Part shown: in pieces, positions 46,885 to 56,591 of the stretch
Position numbering within the stretch: position 1 is the first letter of the stretch
Layout of the letters: every line of letters begins with the position of its first letter
Source of the DNA: a virus
Taxonomy: Duplodnaviria > Caudoviricetes
Virus record (IMG/VR): IMGVR_UViG_3300005573_001593
Location: 1-64,000 of that record
DNA length: 64,000 bases
Direction: 5' to 3' (one strand)
Notes under the pieces: generated by a model
Databases searched by the model: none
What the model saw: the letters and a program-made list of their open reading frames with translations, nothing else
What the model was told of the DNA's origin: nothing
Translations under genes and position numbers: made by a program

Positions 46885-48624
46885 TCACTCCTCTGTGGCG
46901 TAGAACGTCGCCGTCGCGTCTAGTGCGGCAAAGATGGCTGTGTCGTCTACGCAGGTCAACGTCGCCGTCGCGTCCAGCGTGATCAGCGTGGCGCTATCGT
47001 CTCCGGTGCTCAGGACCGCCAGCCCGTCCAGCGCCGTAAGCGTGACCACGACGTAGTCGACCGGCGCGTAGGTGATCGCCTCGCTGCCGGTGGCGCTGTC
47101 GGTGATGGGAATGGGGATGATCGTGAGCTGGATGGTGCTCACGATCTCGCTGCCCGTTGCGCTCTCCAGGACAGGCAGCGTGACCAGCGCGCTTTGCAGT
47201 TCTGCGCCCGTGGCGCTATCCACGACGGTAAGGCGCACGGGGGCCAGCCCCACGCTCTCGCTGCCCGCAGCGCTGTCGCCTACCGCCCGAGAGATCAGCA
47301 GCGTGAGCGTGTCGCTGCCCGCCGCCGCATCGGTGAGCGGGACCGTGACCCCGTTGATGGCGATGGCCTCGGCTCCCGCGCCCGTATCGCCGACCGGCAA
47401 GATGACCGGTCCCAGCGCCAGCGTGTCCTGCCCCGTGGCGCTATCCGAGATCGTGAGCGCGGTGATGTTGTTGCCCGCCACGCTCACGCTATCACTGCCG
47501 CCTGCCGTATCCACCGGAGCGAGCGTGACCGTGATCGTCTGCACCTCGCTGCCCGTCGCGGCATCTGCCACGATGAAGCTGACCTGATTGCTCAGGCTCT
47601 CGCTGCCGCTGGCGCTATCCACGACGGGTGCGGATGCCGTGACCGTGATGGCCGCGCTGCCAGCGGCGCTGTCGGCCAGCGGCACGGAGATCGTGGCGAG
47701 ACTGACGGCCTCGCTCCCACTCGCACTATCAGGCACGTTGAACGGCTGGATAGTGACGCTGGGCGCGTCGCTGCCTGCCGCGCTGTCACTGAGCGCGATG
47801 CTGACCGGTGCCAGCGCCACCTGCTCGGTCCCGTTGCCGCTATCCGCGAGCGGGAGCCCGATGACGAGGCTACTGTCGGCTCCAGCGGCGCTATCTGCCA
47901 GGCTGATCGTGACCGTGGCGAGCGTGACAGCGTCCGTGCCTGTCGCGCTATCGGAGACGGAGACAGCTGTAGTGCTGCTGGCAGGTGGCTGAAGGACAAT
48001 CAGAAACGCCTGCCCGTAGTCCGAGATAGACGGCGTGGCGCTATACGCGCCGTAGCTGCCCGTGTTCGTGGTGGGCAGCGTCCAGCCGTCCAGACCAGAT
48101 CCCGACAGCCCCGATGTCACCTCCGTCCAGGTGCCAGGCGATATGGAGTAGACGGCGCCGTTATAGTTGCTGAAGAGTGCCAGGAGCCAGCTATTGGCAA
48201 CCGTGGTCGTGATGGCGGGCAGCGTCCACGCGGCAGTGGAGGCGCTGGGTGAACTGCTGTTGTAGGTGCTGTACGCGCCGATCGGGGTGGTCCCGTCCGT
48301 CCCACTAAAAGCCGCGCAGATGTATTGCATCCAGCCGGTGCCCTGGCACGTGAAGGCATAGGAGGACGGCTCACTCGCGCCTGCAATGTGGTAGAAGGCC
48401 TCCGAGTAAATGCTGCCAGAAGCCCCCGACGTGCCAGTACCAATCGTGGAGCCAATCTGCGTCCAGCCGGACGGCACTGTGAGCGGCGTCTTGGCAGAGT
48501 CCTCTACCGTCACGATGGCGACTAACACGTCGCCCGCTGCGACTCCGGTTGGCACCGCAACATTGATGGTAGAGATGCCGTTGCCGCTGCCATGCGTCGC
48601 GGTACCAACCTGTGCAATCGCCAT
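46885..48624 (-). CDS. Tail fibre-like protein with ~20-aa repeats
   Basis: Beta-rich N-terminal head followed by about 15 repeats of (V/I)xDSAxG(S/T)(D/E)xxx. Confidence 0.65.
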   Translation of the reverse strand: MAIAQVGTATHGSGNGISTINVAVPTGVAAGDVLVAIVTVEDSAKTPLTVPSGWTQIGSTIGTGTSGASGSIYSEAFYHIAGASEPSSYAFTCQGTGWMQYICAAFSGTDGTTPIGAYSTYNSSSPSASTAAWTLPAITTTVANSWLLALFSNYNGAVYSISPGTWTEVTSGLSGSGLDGWTLPTTNTGSYGAYSATPSISDYGQAFLIVLQPPASSTTAVSVSDSATGTDAVTLATVTISLADSAAGADSSLVIGLPLADSGNGTEQVALAPVSIALSDSAAGSDAPSVTIQPFNVPDSASGSEAVSLATISVPLADSAAGSAAITVTASAPVVDSASGSESLSNQVSFIVADAATGSEVQTITVTLAPVDTAGGSDSVSVAGNNITALTISDSATGQDTLALGPVILPVGDTGAGAEAIAINGVTVPLTDAAAGSDTLTLLISRAVGDSAAGSESVGLAPVRLTVVDSATGAELQSALVTLPVLESATGSEIVSTIQLTIIPIPITDSATGSEAITYAPVDYVVVTLTALDGLAVLSTGDDSATLITLDATATLTCVDDTAIFAALDATATFYATEE

Positions 48625-48665
48625 AGCGGGACTCCGGTGCTAGCGAGGAATGCCCTGCGAGCGAG

Positions 48666-49502
48666 CTAGGAGATCGTGAGTGTCATCGACGGCTGCCAGG
48701 TGGTTCCGCTTGCCTTGGTCCCTTGGCTACTTACCACGCGGTCGAGACAACTGCCGCCGCTGGTGGTCGAGTTGCTGCCATTCCTGTTCGATACCACGAA
48801 CTCGTTCCAACTGTAGTTCGCCACCGACGAGCCAAACGTGGCCCGGAAGACGATGTTTTCGGAGGAGCCACCGGTGATGGACGGGTAGGTCGCGTCCATG
48901 CCGACATAGGTCTTGTTGGTTGTCGCTTGTAGGTCTGCTTGCGTGTTGGCCGCAGCCGTCGTGCTGTCACCTACCCCGATCATCGCCTGCGCGTTGTTGA
49001 AGTAGGCGTCCGCGCCTGCCGCCGCGCCCGTGGAGTTGGTTGTGCCGGAGCCAACCGCCTGATTCCAGAGCGCCTGCACCCCCGCGATGAGGAAGATGTT
49101 TTCGAAGACTTCCTCGAACTCGCTGCTCTCCGGCCGGTGATTGCGCTTCAAGAGCGCGTCGGCCTCGGCGCGGATCTTCGCCGGAAGTGCCGCGAAGTCC
49201 TTGACATCCGCTTCGGCCACGCCCAGCGCCTTGGCGGCGTAGTACTCAATCGGCGCATCGTACCGGTCGATGCGCCAGACACCATGTAGACGCGCGTGCA
49301 GCGCCTCATGCACATCGGGATGGTCGGGGCCGAGATGCTTGATGAGCTTGACCAGTGCGGGCGAGAGCAGCCGATGCACGAGTGGCTGCCAGACCGCCAG
49401 CGGCAGATGGAATCCGGCGTGGTCATAAATGCCGCCGGGCGTGTAGAGATGCTGGTGGACGACCGCCACCTTCTCCGCGCCTTTGGCCTGTGCGACAGAC
49501 AT
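48666..49502 (-). CDS. Phage structural protein (baseplate/fibre-associated)
   Basis: C-terminal IGVGDSTTAA...FRATFGSSVANYSWNEF resembles fibre-attachment proteins; His-rich N-terminus. Confidence 0.55.
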   Translation of the reverse strand: MSVAQAKGAEKVAVVHQHLYTPGGIYDHAGFHLPLAVWQPLVHRLLSPALVKLIKHLGPDHPDVHEALHARLHGVWRIDRYDAPIEYYAAKALGVAEADVKDFAALPAKIRAEADALLKRNHRPESSEFEEVFENIFLIAGVQALWNQAVGSGTTNSTGAAAGADAYFNNAQAMIGVGDSTTAAANTQADLQATTNKTYVGMDATYPSITGGSSENIVFRATFGSSVANYSWNEFVVSNRNGSNSTTSGGSCLDRVVSSQGTKASGTTWQPSMTLTIS

Positions 49503-49586
49503 GCGAATACCTCCCTCGCCCGCGTTGGCACGCGGGGTCGTGATGACAAGAAAGAACGGATGAGGCTATGGCGTGCCTGGGCGCGC

Positions 49587-50054
49587 TTAGGGCTTGACGG
49601 CCAGATGCACGCTCACGCCGAGCAGGTTGAGGATGATCTGCAACAGAAAGAAGATCAGCACCGTGTAGAGCGCAATCGTGCGCGCATCGAAGTGCTCACG
49701 CAGGCTGTTGGTGAGGCTGGATGCTTCTTTGGCGGCGACGGTCACGTCATTCTTGGCTTCCAGGCGGGTTGCCGCTACGTCCTGCACGGTCGCCAGACGC
49801 AGGCTGTCGCACTCCTTCTGGAGCGCCGTGACATGTGCTTCGAGCTGTGTCACTCGTACCGCGCTGCTCGCGTTCTGGTCCTTGATGCCATCCAGCACGA
49901 CGGCCAGTTCCCGGCGGGGCATGTAGACATCGGGGAGCGTGTCACGGTGCTGGTCAAACGCCTTCTCCACCGCCTCGATCTTGCTGGTGAGCTTGTCTTC
50001 CAGCTTGTTGATCGCCGCGATGACATCAGCATAGGTTGCCGTTTGCGCGGACAT
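49587..50054 (-). CDS. Coiled-coil protein with C-terminal TM segment
   Basis: Heptad-rich body; hydrophobic tail IALYTVLIFFLLQIILNLLGV. Confidence 0.6.
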   Translation of the reverse strand: MSAQTATYADVIAAINKLEDKLTSKIEAVEKAFDQHRDTLPDVYMPRRELAVVLDGIKDQNASSAVRVTQLEAHVTALQKECDSLRLATVQDVAATRLEAKNDVTVAAKEASSLTNSLREHFDARTIALYTVLIFFLLQIILNLLGVSVHLAVKP

Positions 50055-50150
50055 GGAACTCTCCTCGTGGTGGGTTTCACGATCCGGTGGAGAGCTACCA
50101 GACCGGCTATCAGAGGTGGACATGATATCTTGCTCGCTTGACTTGCGGCC

Positions 50151-50519
50151 TCATGCCAGGACATCAGACGCGGGCGGGGCGTCAGGGACGCTATCAGGCG
50201 TGTTCGGCGTATCCGTGCGTCGCAGCAAGAGATGTTCAAAATCCAGATGCCACTTCTCACCACGTTCCGGATGGACAGGGTAATGCCGGGCGAGCCACGC
50301 GGTCAGGCTTTCGTCCAGATGCTGCGCCAGCAATTCCGCGCGCCGGGCCTTGTTGGCAAAGTCCAGATATTCTCGACGGATGTCTTCTAGCAGCATGGCG
50401 CGCTGGCGCAGTTCGTCCACGTGATCGTGGTTGATCTGAATGCTGTCCGGCTTGACGGCGCTCTGCCGTCGTGGGACATCGCGCGATAGCTTGCTCCGAC
50501 CCATTACCGGTTCCTCCAC
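50151..50519 (-). CDS. Hypothetical protein
   Basis: Fits the late operon chain. Confidence 0.5.
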   Translation of the reverse strand: MEEPVMGRSKLSRDVPRRQSAVKPDSIQINHDHVDELRQRAMLLEDIRREYLDFANKARRAELLAQHLDESLTAWLARHYPVHPERGEKWHLDFEHLLLRRTDTPNTPDSVPDAPPASDVLA

Positions 50520-50551
50520 TAGCTGATGTATAGCAACCTTAGAAAGGAAGG

Positions 50552-51253
50552 TTGCTATACATGCATCGGTACACTCGCTTGTCCATTCTGCTTGTTGTCG
50601 TGGCCCTGCTGGCCGGATGCGGAACTGCCAGCGCGCAGAACGCGACCTCTCACCCGTTGCCTCGCGCTCTCCTGTTTATTGGCGATTCGCTCACCGGTGG
50701 TTATTACGCCACCGACCAAACCCATGATTATGTCGCACATGTGACAGCGGACCTCGGCTTGCCAGCGCTCTATCTCAGCAAGCACTACGGCATTCGCGCC
50801 GATGAGGTGCAGGCTGAAATCCAGCACGGGCTGGCCATTCCACCCGCGCGCATCACGGTTGTAGAACTGGGCACCAACGATTTCAGTGGCTATTCGCTCG
50901 TCGGAGCACACACGCCAGAAGGGCTCGCAGCCTTTACTACGGCCTATCGTGCGCTGCTGGGCGAGATCCGCCACGTCGCGCCCAGCACACGATTAGTCTG
51001 CATTGGCATCTGGCACGTGCCGGGTGACACGAATGACCTGCATGAGACGGCAGGGAGCTATGACCAGCACATCGCCAGCGCATGTCAGGCGGCCCACGGC
51101 ACCTACGTTTCGCTAGAGGCCATCGCCGCCAATGGCGCGTACCGTGGACCAGTAGGGCAACACACGTGGCTGGGCCTCAATGATGGCTGGCATCCCAATG
51201 ATGCGGGCCACACGGCCATCGCCGCGGCTATCGTCCACGTGCTGGGCCACTAG
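50552..51253 (+). CDS. SGNH/GDSL hydrolase lipoprotein (moron, antisense to the late operon)
   Basis: Lipobox LLAGC; blocks FIGDSLT, ELGTND, DGWHPNDAGH. Confidence 0.85.
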   Translation: MLYMHRYTRLSILLVVVALLAGCGTASAQNATSHPLPRALLFIGDSLTGGYYATDQTHDYVAHVTADLGLPALYLSKHYGIRADEVQAEIQHGLAIPPARITVVELGTNDFSGYSLVGAHTPEGLAAFTTAYRALLGEIRHVAPSTRLVCIGIWHVPGDTNDLHETAGSYDQHIASACQAAHGTYVSLEAIAANGAYRGPVGQHTWLGLNDGWHPNDAGHTAIAAAIVHVLGH

Positions 51254-52738
51254 GCGACACGCGGCACGCGACACCACATCGGCCGCAGGTAGACCCCGAC
51301 GCGTCCCTCATGCGTTCCATGCAGCGCGTAGCCCAGGGTGAAGGCTTCTTCACCGGGCCGGGCGCGTCGCACCCCACCGTTGCCGTCCGAGCAGACCAGA
51401 TCGCCCGCGCGGATGACATCACGTGTCCGGATACGCACGCGCCCGACCAGCGCGAGTGGCGCGACATGCTCATCTGTGACCGTGTCCTCGGGTTCGTCGT
51501 CGCTGAAGCGGTCGAACCGGCCACCACCCGCGCAGAAGGCGGGCGCGAGCGAGACGACCGAGGCGGCGTGGCAGTTGTCGTGCATGCAGCGGGTGAAGGC
51601 CTCATGCGGGCCGGGACAAACCACCGTGCCCGTTTCGTACTCCGCGTCCAGCGGGTAGGTTTCGGCGTAGTCGAACGCGTCGAACGCCCCATTGGCGCTA
51701 TAGGCATAGGTGCTCGTGGCGGTATAGTACGTGCCGCCCGCGATGATGAACGTGCCGTCGCCCTTCATTTCCGCGAGCTTGCCACCACCACTGTTCTTGA
51801 AGCCCATGATGGAGGAGTTGGACTGCACGAACTGACCGCTGACGCCCAGCCCGTTCACGTTCACGCCGCCCGGCCCAACCTGAAAACCGGAGTGAAAGGT
51901 GTTGCTGCTGTCGTAGTAGCCAAACTGGACCGTGGGCGAGATCGTGGCCCACCAGCCACCAATTTGCACCCAGACATTCGTGCCATTGTACGTCGAGCGT
52001 GCTCCGGCTGCGGTCGTGCCCTGCGCCAGCACATCGCCACTGAGCGGCCCACTGAACTCGTTCGCGGTCGCCGTACCGGAGACCGAGAGGCCAGCGCCAT
52101 TGAAGATGCCCGTGTTGTCCACATGGGCATTCTTGGCGGCGTTGAAATACGTCCAGTTGTTCGCACCCGGCGCGATGACAATGTCCCACGGGTTAGCTGC
52201 GAACTGGATATAGTTTGTCTGGCCGGGACCGTAGAGCGTGGAACCAATGGAGATGCTGCCACTCGTTGTGAAGCCGCCAGCCGTGACTGTGCCAGTGAAC
52301 GTGATGCCATTCTTGGTCGCGCCCTCATAGACGTAGCCCGCGTTGACCTCATCGTAGAGGTAGCCACCCACGGTGCCGCTGGAATTGTAGCCATGCGCCA
52401 GACCCAGCGTTCCACTCGTTGAGTACACCGTGTAGGCATCGCCACTGGACGGCTTGAACGTCACCGTGCCCGTGAAGACCGAACCACCCGATGAGCCGCC
52501 CGTCACCGAGCCGGAAACGCTCAGGTTGCCCGTAATGGTGACGTTGCCGTTGCCGTCTGACGTGAACTTGCCCGCGTCACTGGACAGATGCCCGATGGTC
52601 GCCAGTCCGGAGACGGTGATCGTCGTGAACGACGGATCGGTCGCGTTATTGAGCGCGGCCAGATTCGCATTGACATCAGACGAGCGTATAACAGTGGAGG
52701 GTGTGAAACGTGATTAGCGTTGCGCCAAGACCGGCCAT
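51250..52738 (-). pseudogene. Tail spike/fibre with C-terminal peptidase-G2-like autocleaving chaperone; +1 frameshift near codon 11
   Basis: ATG 52738 with AGGGGG RBS gives MAGLGATLITF and stops after 20 codons. Skipping one base at TTT-C (52708-52705) continues FTPSTVIRSSDVNANL into the long ORF. C-terminal FDYAETY...LALVGRV. Confidence 0.7.
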
Positions 52739-52756
52739 TCGCTACCCCCTAGCACT

Positions 52757-52791
52757 TTGAACGGGTAGCGTGCAATACGCTACCCGTTCAA
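52757..52791. other. Perfect 15-bp stem hairpin between the GIY-YIG gene and the tail-spike RBS
   Basis: TTGAACGGGTAGCGT-GCAAT-ACGCTACCCGTTCAA; no U-tract on the coding strand. Confidence 0.7.
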
Positions 52792-52803
52792 TCTGATTAA
52801 CCG

Positions 52804-53766
52804 TTACTGACTTCGCCGCTTGCGACGCCCTTCAGCGTACGCCCGTTTGAGCGACTCGCTCCGCTTGGCGCGGGTCTCTGCGCTCTGGACGTGGCCGCGT
52901 TTCTTTTCTGCGATGCGTCGCTTCGTTTCCTCAGAGTGTGGCGTGGTATGGTACGCTTTCCCCAGGTGTGCAAGACGCATGCGCTCCAAGCCTTCCGGCG
53001 TCATCTGCGGTGGCTTGATCTCGCCTCGTGCGGCCCGCTCCAGGCCGATCTGGCGCAACTTCTCTCGTGTTTCCGATCCCCACGTCTTGCCTTTATTCCA
53101 GCCGCCAAAGTCCGCGCGAACTGACCTGCGGCCTTCAGCATAGGCGTGTTTGAGGGCTTCCGAACGCTTCTGACGTGTTTCAGCAGATTGCTTGCGGCCA
53201 GTCTGCCACGCGCGTACACGAGCACGGTACTCATCTGTGCCATGGTGAAGGCGTATAGCCGCAGAAAGTCTTTCGCGGGTCGCCTCACTGAGCGGCACAC
53301 CCTTATTGGATGGCACCTGCCCGAGATGGGCTATGGAGAGCTTGCGGCGGTACTCGGCGCTGAAGGTCTTGCCCGAGTGAGGATGCCCATCTCGTTGAAG
53401 GCGTCGTCGTGCCGCCTCAGCCATGCGCTGGCGCATCTCTGGCGTGAAATCGAATGGCTTGTTTACCTGAAACGCGACATTGAGTTGCGGCGCGAGCGTG
53501 TCTATCCAGTGCTGCTCACGCTCCGTAAGCCGGTCGGGTGAACACTGTTCCAGCACAGCCCACTGGAAGGCTTTCTCTCCGTATTTGTTCCACTCATGTT
53601 GGAAATGGGGGCTGTGGTGCTTGTTAGCGCGAAGGAGCTCGAGATGATCGTTCCAGCGCCGTTCAATGTCAATAGAGCGACCGATGTACTGTTTTCCGGT
53701 GGGGATACACGTGGCGGCATAGATACCGCACAGCGATAAAGAGGCAGACTCGTCCACTGTTCTCAC
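52804..53766 (-). CDS. Free-standing GIY-YIG homing endonuclease with NUMOD3 repeats
   Basis: CGIYAATC...YIGRSIDIERRW...H...E; repeats SAETRQKRSE, SEETKRRIAE, SEATRERLS. Confidence 0.9.
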   Translation of the reverse strand: MRTVDESASLSLCGIYAATCIPTGKQYIGRSIDIERRWNDHLELLRANKHHSPHFQHEWNKYGEKAFQWAVLEQCSPDRLTEREQHWIDTLAPQLNVAFQVNKPFDFTPEMRQRMAEAARRRLQRDGHPHSGKTFSAEYRRKLSIAHLGQVPSNKGVPLSEATRERLSAAIRLHHGTDEYRARVRAWQTGRKQSAETRQKRSEALKHAYAEGRRSVRADFGGWNKGKTWGSETREKLRQIGLERAARGEIKPPQMTPEGLERMRLAHLGKAYHTTPHSEETKRRIAEKKRGHVQSAETRAKRSESLKRAYAEGRRKRRSQ

Positions 53767-53868
53767 TCTCTAGCGTGAGTCTCTAGATGCGATACCGCCA
53801 GGGGGCCTAGAGAAACCCCTTTTCGGCTGAGGTAGCTAATCCCAACCTAGACGGCCCTTACACTATAC

Positions 53869-53896
53869 ATTATACAATTCTGCACGGTAGTCACAA
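53869..53896 (-). promoter_or_regulatory. Internal promoter for the endonuclease (TTGTGA-N16-TATAAT, with TG before -10)
   Basis: AT-rich island visible upstream of a structured leader. Confidence 0.6.
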
Positions 53897-53965
53897 GTCC
53901 GGTAATTAACGGTGTTGGACAGTCGATGGCGTAAACGTCATCAAGGAAGCGCCAAGGCCCATCGG

Positions 53966-54562
53966 TTATGCCCCTTTCTGCTTCCGTCGTCGTGGGACGT
54001 TCCGCGAGACAGGCGCCACTGGCACGTCGCGGTGCGGGTAGAGTCGGTGGAGCTCCTGCGCCGCAGGTACGGCTTGGAAGAGCGGCTCATGGGTCCGCGG
54101 GTGCAGGTCGCACAGGTCCGCTGCGTTGAGATACCAGACATGCTCTGGCACATCTGGATGATTGGCGTGTGTGGCCGTGATCACGAGCAGCACTGGCTCC
54201 CCACCCGTCACGGGATCACGCTCGTCCGTCCCAATGGGGAAGTAGCGGCTCTTGGGCTGCACGTCTACGTGCATGCGTGCCACATTGCCCGCCGCGCCGA
54301 AGTGCTCGCTGAGCGCCTGGGGAAACAACCGGCCCTGCTGCGTACTGGCGTGTATGCGCTCGTGCGCGGCAGGCGTCACATCGACCGGGATGCGCTTGAC
54401 ATCCGCGAGATCAAACCGTTTGCGCGCGGGTACAGGGCGTGGCGTGGGTGGCGTCGCCGGAAGCAGATGCTTGGCCTGTCCCTCGCGAATCACCTGGTTC
54501 TTGCGTGCACGTGCTGCACGTTGCTGCGCGGGGGAGAGTGGCTCGGGTCGTGGCATGTCCAT
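53966..54562 (-). CDS. Hypothetical basic protein
   Basis: 198-aa ORF in the late operon; no family recognised. Confidence 0.55.
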   Translation of the reverse strand: MDMPRPEPLSPAQQRAARARKNQVIREGQAKHLLPATPPTPRPVPARKRFDLADVKRIPVDVTPAAHERIHASTQQGRLFPQALSEHFGAAGNVARMHVDVQPKSRYFPIGTDERDPVTGGEPVLLVITATHANHPDVPEHVWYLNAADLCDLHPRTHEPLFQAVPAAQELHRLYPHRDVPVAPVSRNVPRRRKQKGA

Positions 54563-54575
54563 GGGTCACCGTCCG

Positions 54576-56582
54576 TTAACGGCCTAACGTGTAATCCTGG
54601 AGCATCGTCTGAAGATTAAGCAACTGAACATCTTGAGATGGAGCAAGCGAGGCGATTTCGAGGTCTACGTAGTCCCATCGATACGACACGCTCACAATGA
54701 CCGCCACCTGATCGAGCGCCGCCGCCGGCGAGAAGTCCCAGTATCCTATGTCCCACTGCGAGACGTCCCAGAGCGTATTTGCGGCATTCGCCGACGGGTT
54801 CACGATCTGACACGTATCGCCTGGTTGGATGCTCTCAATGTCGTAGCCAAGACCCGTCTGTGCGTCGCCGCGGTAGTCCACAATCCTGAGCTTCGTGCGC
54901 ACGAGCATGCGATCGTACTGATTGAGTAGGCCTTGCGCCACGACCGCACAGGAATGCTGGTCGGTGAGACGGCTGTCCGCAAGCTGCAACACACGTGCGC
55001 CAAAAGTCGAGAGATCCGTCCCTTGCGCTGTGGCCTGCACGAGAATCTGCACCTGCGTCTGAGCGGCGTAGGCGGCATTGGCTGTGAACGAGTTGACCGG
55101 CACGCTCGTCGCATTCTGGGCCGTATCTGCTGAGACCGTTACCGTCTGCTGGGGGCTACCATTGCCATTGAGCACGAGCTGCTGGCCCGCCACGATCGCC
55201 ACGGGAAGCGGTGCGATCGTGAGCGACGTGTACTGCGTGCCACTCACAAGCGCAGAGGTCAGGGAGGTTGCGAGCCCCGTCCCAATGACGCGCGTGACGT
55301 TCTTGAGGCTCGTCCAATCCTTGCGATACTGCGGCACCGCGATGTGCTGGCCGAGGATGAACTGGTGCTGCGCCGTCGTCGGGGCCACGTTGAGCGTCAT
55401 GGACTTGTCGGCATTGGGTCGGTAGAACCAGTTGGCTGGCAGCATCGTGATGAGTGTATCGTAGATCGACTTGATCGACTGGTTCTCGAATGTGTACGCC
55501 ACAAGGTTGCCCGACGACGCGGGATTGTTCGGGTCCAGCGTCATGGGAGACATGTATGGCTTGCCCGTCAGTGGATCATTGTTGGTGAAAAACCAATTGA
55601 AGATCGTGACGGGATCCACGTACGAACTGGTGACGCCTGGTGTGCCGAAGGACTGACCTAGCACCAGCCCTTCATCCGCGAGTACGCTGTCAAAGGGCGT
55701 GATCGTGACCGTAATCGATTCCTCGCCGGACTCAAGAATCTGCGGCTCATAGGAGTCAATGACGCCCTGAAATTTCAGCAGGCCCCCCGCCGGCAGATTC
55801 GGTCCGAAGAGCCAGTATTGCACGATATTGCCCTGCGCGATGGTGCCACGATTACTGCCGACGCCCGCCTCATCGAAGTTATCGAAGGCTCGTGGAAGTT
55901 GCACCCGGAGCGGTGTCGTGGCGCTATTGATCGCGTACTTCACGCCGGACAGAAGCGGCGCGTCGCGCCAGACGTCAAGGAATGTGCCACTACTGCTGTA
56001 GACCAGCACCATCTGCTGTTTGTAGTGTAGCGGCGTGGCGTCAGACGGGTTGCCCAGCGACCCCACGCCCAGCGTCCACGGCGTCGCACTTGCGCCCTGC
56101 TCGATCTGGATGCCGCTTACCCACAGCGTCGTGGATTGTCCCACGACGTTGCCCGTGTCGATGCGCAGCCCGATCAGGTAGTAGGTCGAGGACGTGGGCA
56201 TGGTGAACGTCACGGAGTAGCGCATCCACGTCGTGGTCAGCGTGAGCGTCTGAACCGTGCTGGCGTTCTGGTTGTCGGCGCGGAAGTTATTGAACTCCGC
56301 GAAGAAGCGCACGGACGTGTTATCCGTCCCAGCGCTCTTGAGATATACCGACAGCGTGTACTGCTGGCCGGGGATGAAGTTATACGCAATCGGGATGTTG
56401 ATGCCCAGCGTCTCATACGACCCAGAGCCATCGCAGTACACCTTGAGCGAGCCATTGCCCACCGCATAGGTCGTAGGGTCGTATTGCGTGTAGCCGTTCA
56501 CACCTCCTGAGAACTGGAACCAGTCGTAGCCGCCAGATGGATTGCTCAGGTCGCTTTGACCTGCGGTGAAGAGATTGGGCAT
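54576..56582 (-). CDS. Tail hub/Tal-like protein with N-terminal CBM4/9-like carbohydrate-binding domain
   Basis: N-terminal GQQYTLSVYLKS...TTTWMRYSVTF...GIQIEQG (CBM-like), then a siphovirus hub-like region; follows Dit. Confidence 0.7.
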   Translation of the reverse strand: MPNLFTAGQSDLSNPSGGYDWFQFSGGVNGYTQYDPTTYAVGNGSLKVYCDGSGSYETLGINIPIAYNFIPGQQYTLSVYLKSAGTDNTSVRFFAEFNNFRADNQNASTVQTLTLTTTWMRYSVTFTMPTSSTYYLIGLRIDTGNVVGQSTTLWVSGIQIEQGASATPWTLGVGSLGNPSDATPLHYKQQMVLVYSSSGTFLDVWRDAPLLSGVKYAINSATTPLRVQLPRAFDNFDEAGVGSNRGTIAQGNIVQYWLFGPNLPAGGLLKFQGVIDSYEPQILESGEESITVTITPFDSVLADEGLVLGQSFGTPGVTSSYVDPVTIFNWFFTNNDPLTGKPYMSPMTLDPNNPASSGNLVAYTFENQSIKSIYDTLITMLPANWFYRPNADKSMTLNVAPTTAQHQFILGQHIAVPQYRKDWTSLKNVTRVIGTGLATSLTSALVSGTQYTSLTIAPLPVAIVAGQQLVLNGNGSPQQTVTVSADTAQNATSVPVNSFTANAAYAAQTQVQILVQATAQGTDLSTFGARVLQLADSRLTDQHSCAVVAQGLLNQYDRMLVRTKLRIVDYRGDAQTGLGYDIESIQPGDTCQIVNPSANAANTLWDVSQWDIGYWDFSPAAALDQVAVIVSVSYRWDYVDLEIASLAPSQDVQLLNLQTMLQDYTLGR

Positions 56583-56591
56583 ACGATCACC

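Noticed and set aside
46885-48624. Diversity-generating retroelement target or nucleotide repeat array in the fibre genes
   Set aside because: The repeats are degenerate protein-level repeats; no reverse transcriptase or template/variable repeat pair was seen.
53794-53855. Hammerhead ribozyme in the endonuclease leader
   Set aside because: A three-stem junction with GAAA is present, but the CUGANGA core is absent.
52740-53960. Group I intron or IS-like boundaries around the GIY-YIG gene
   Set aside because: Flanking genes are not split at this point, no P/Q/R/S core was recognised, and the TTAAC(C/G)G motifs at the edges are too short to call terminal repeats.
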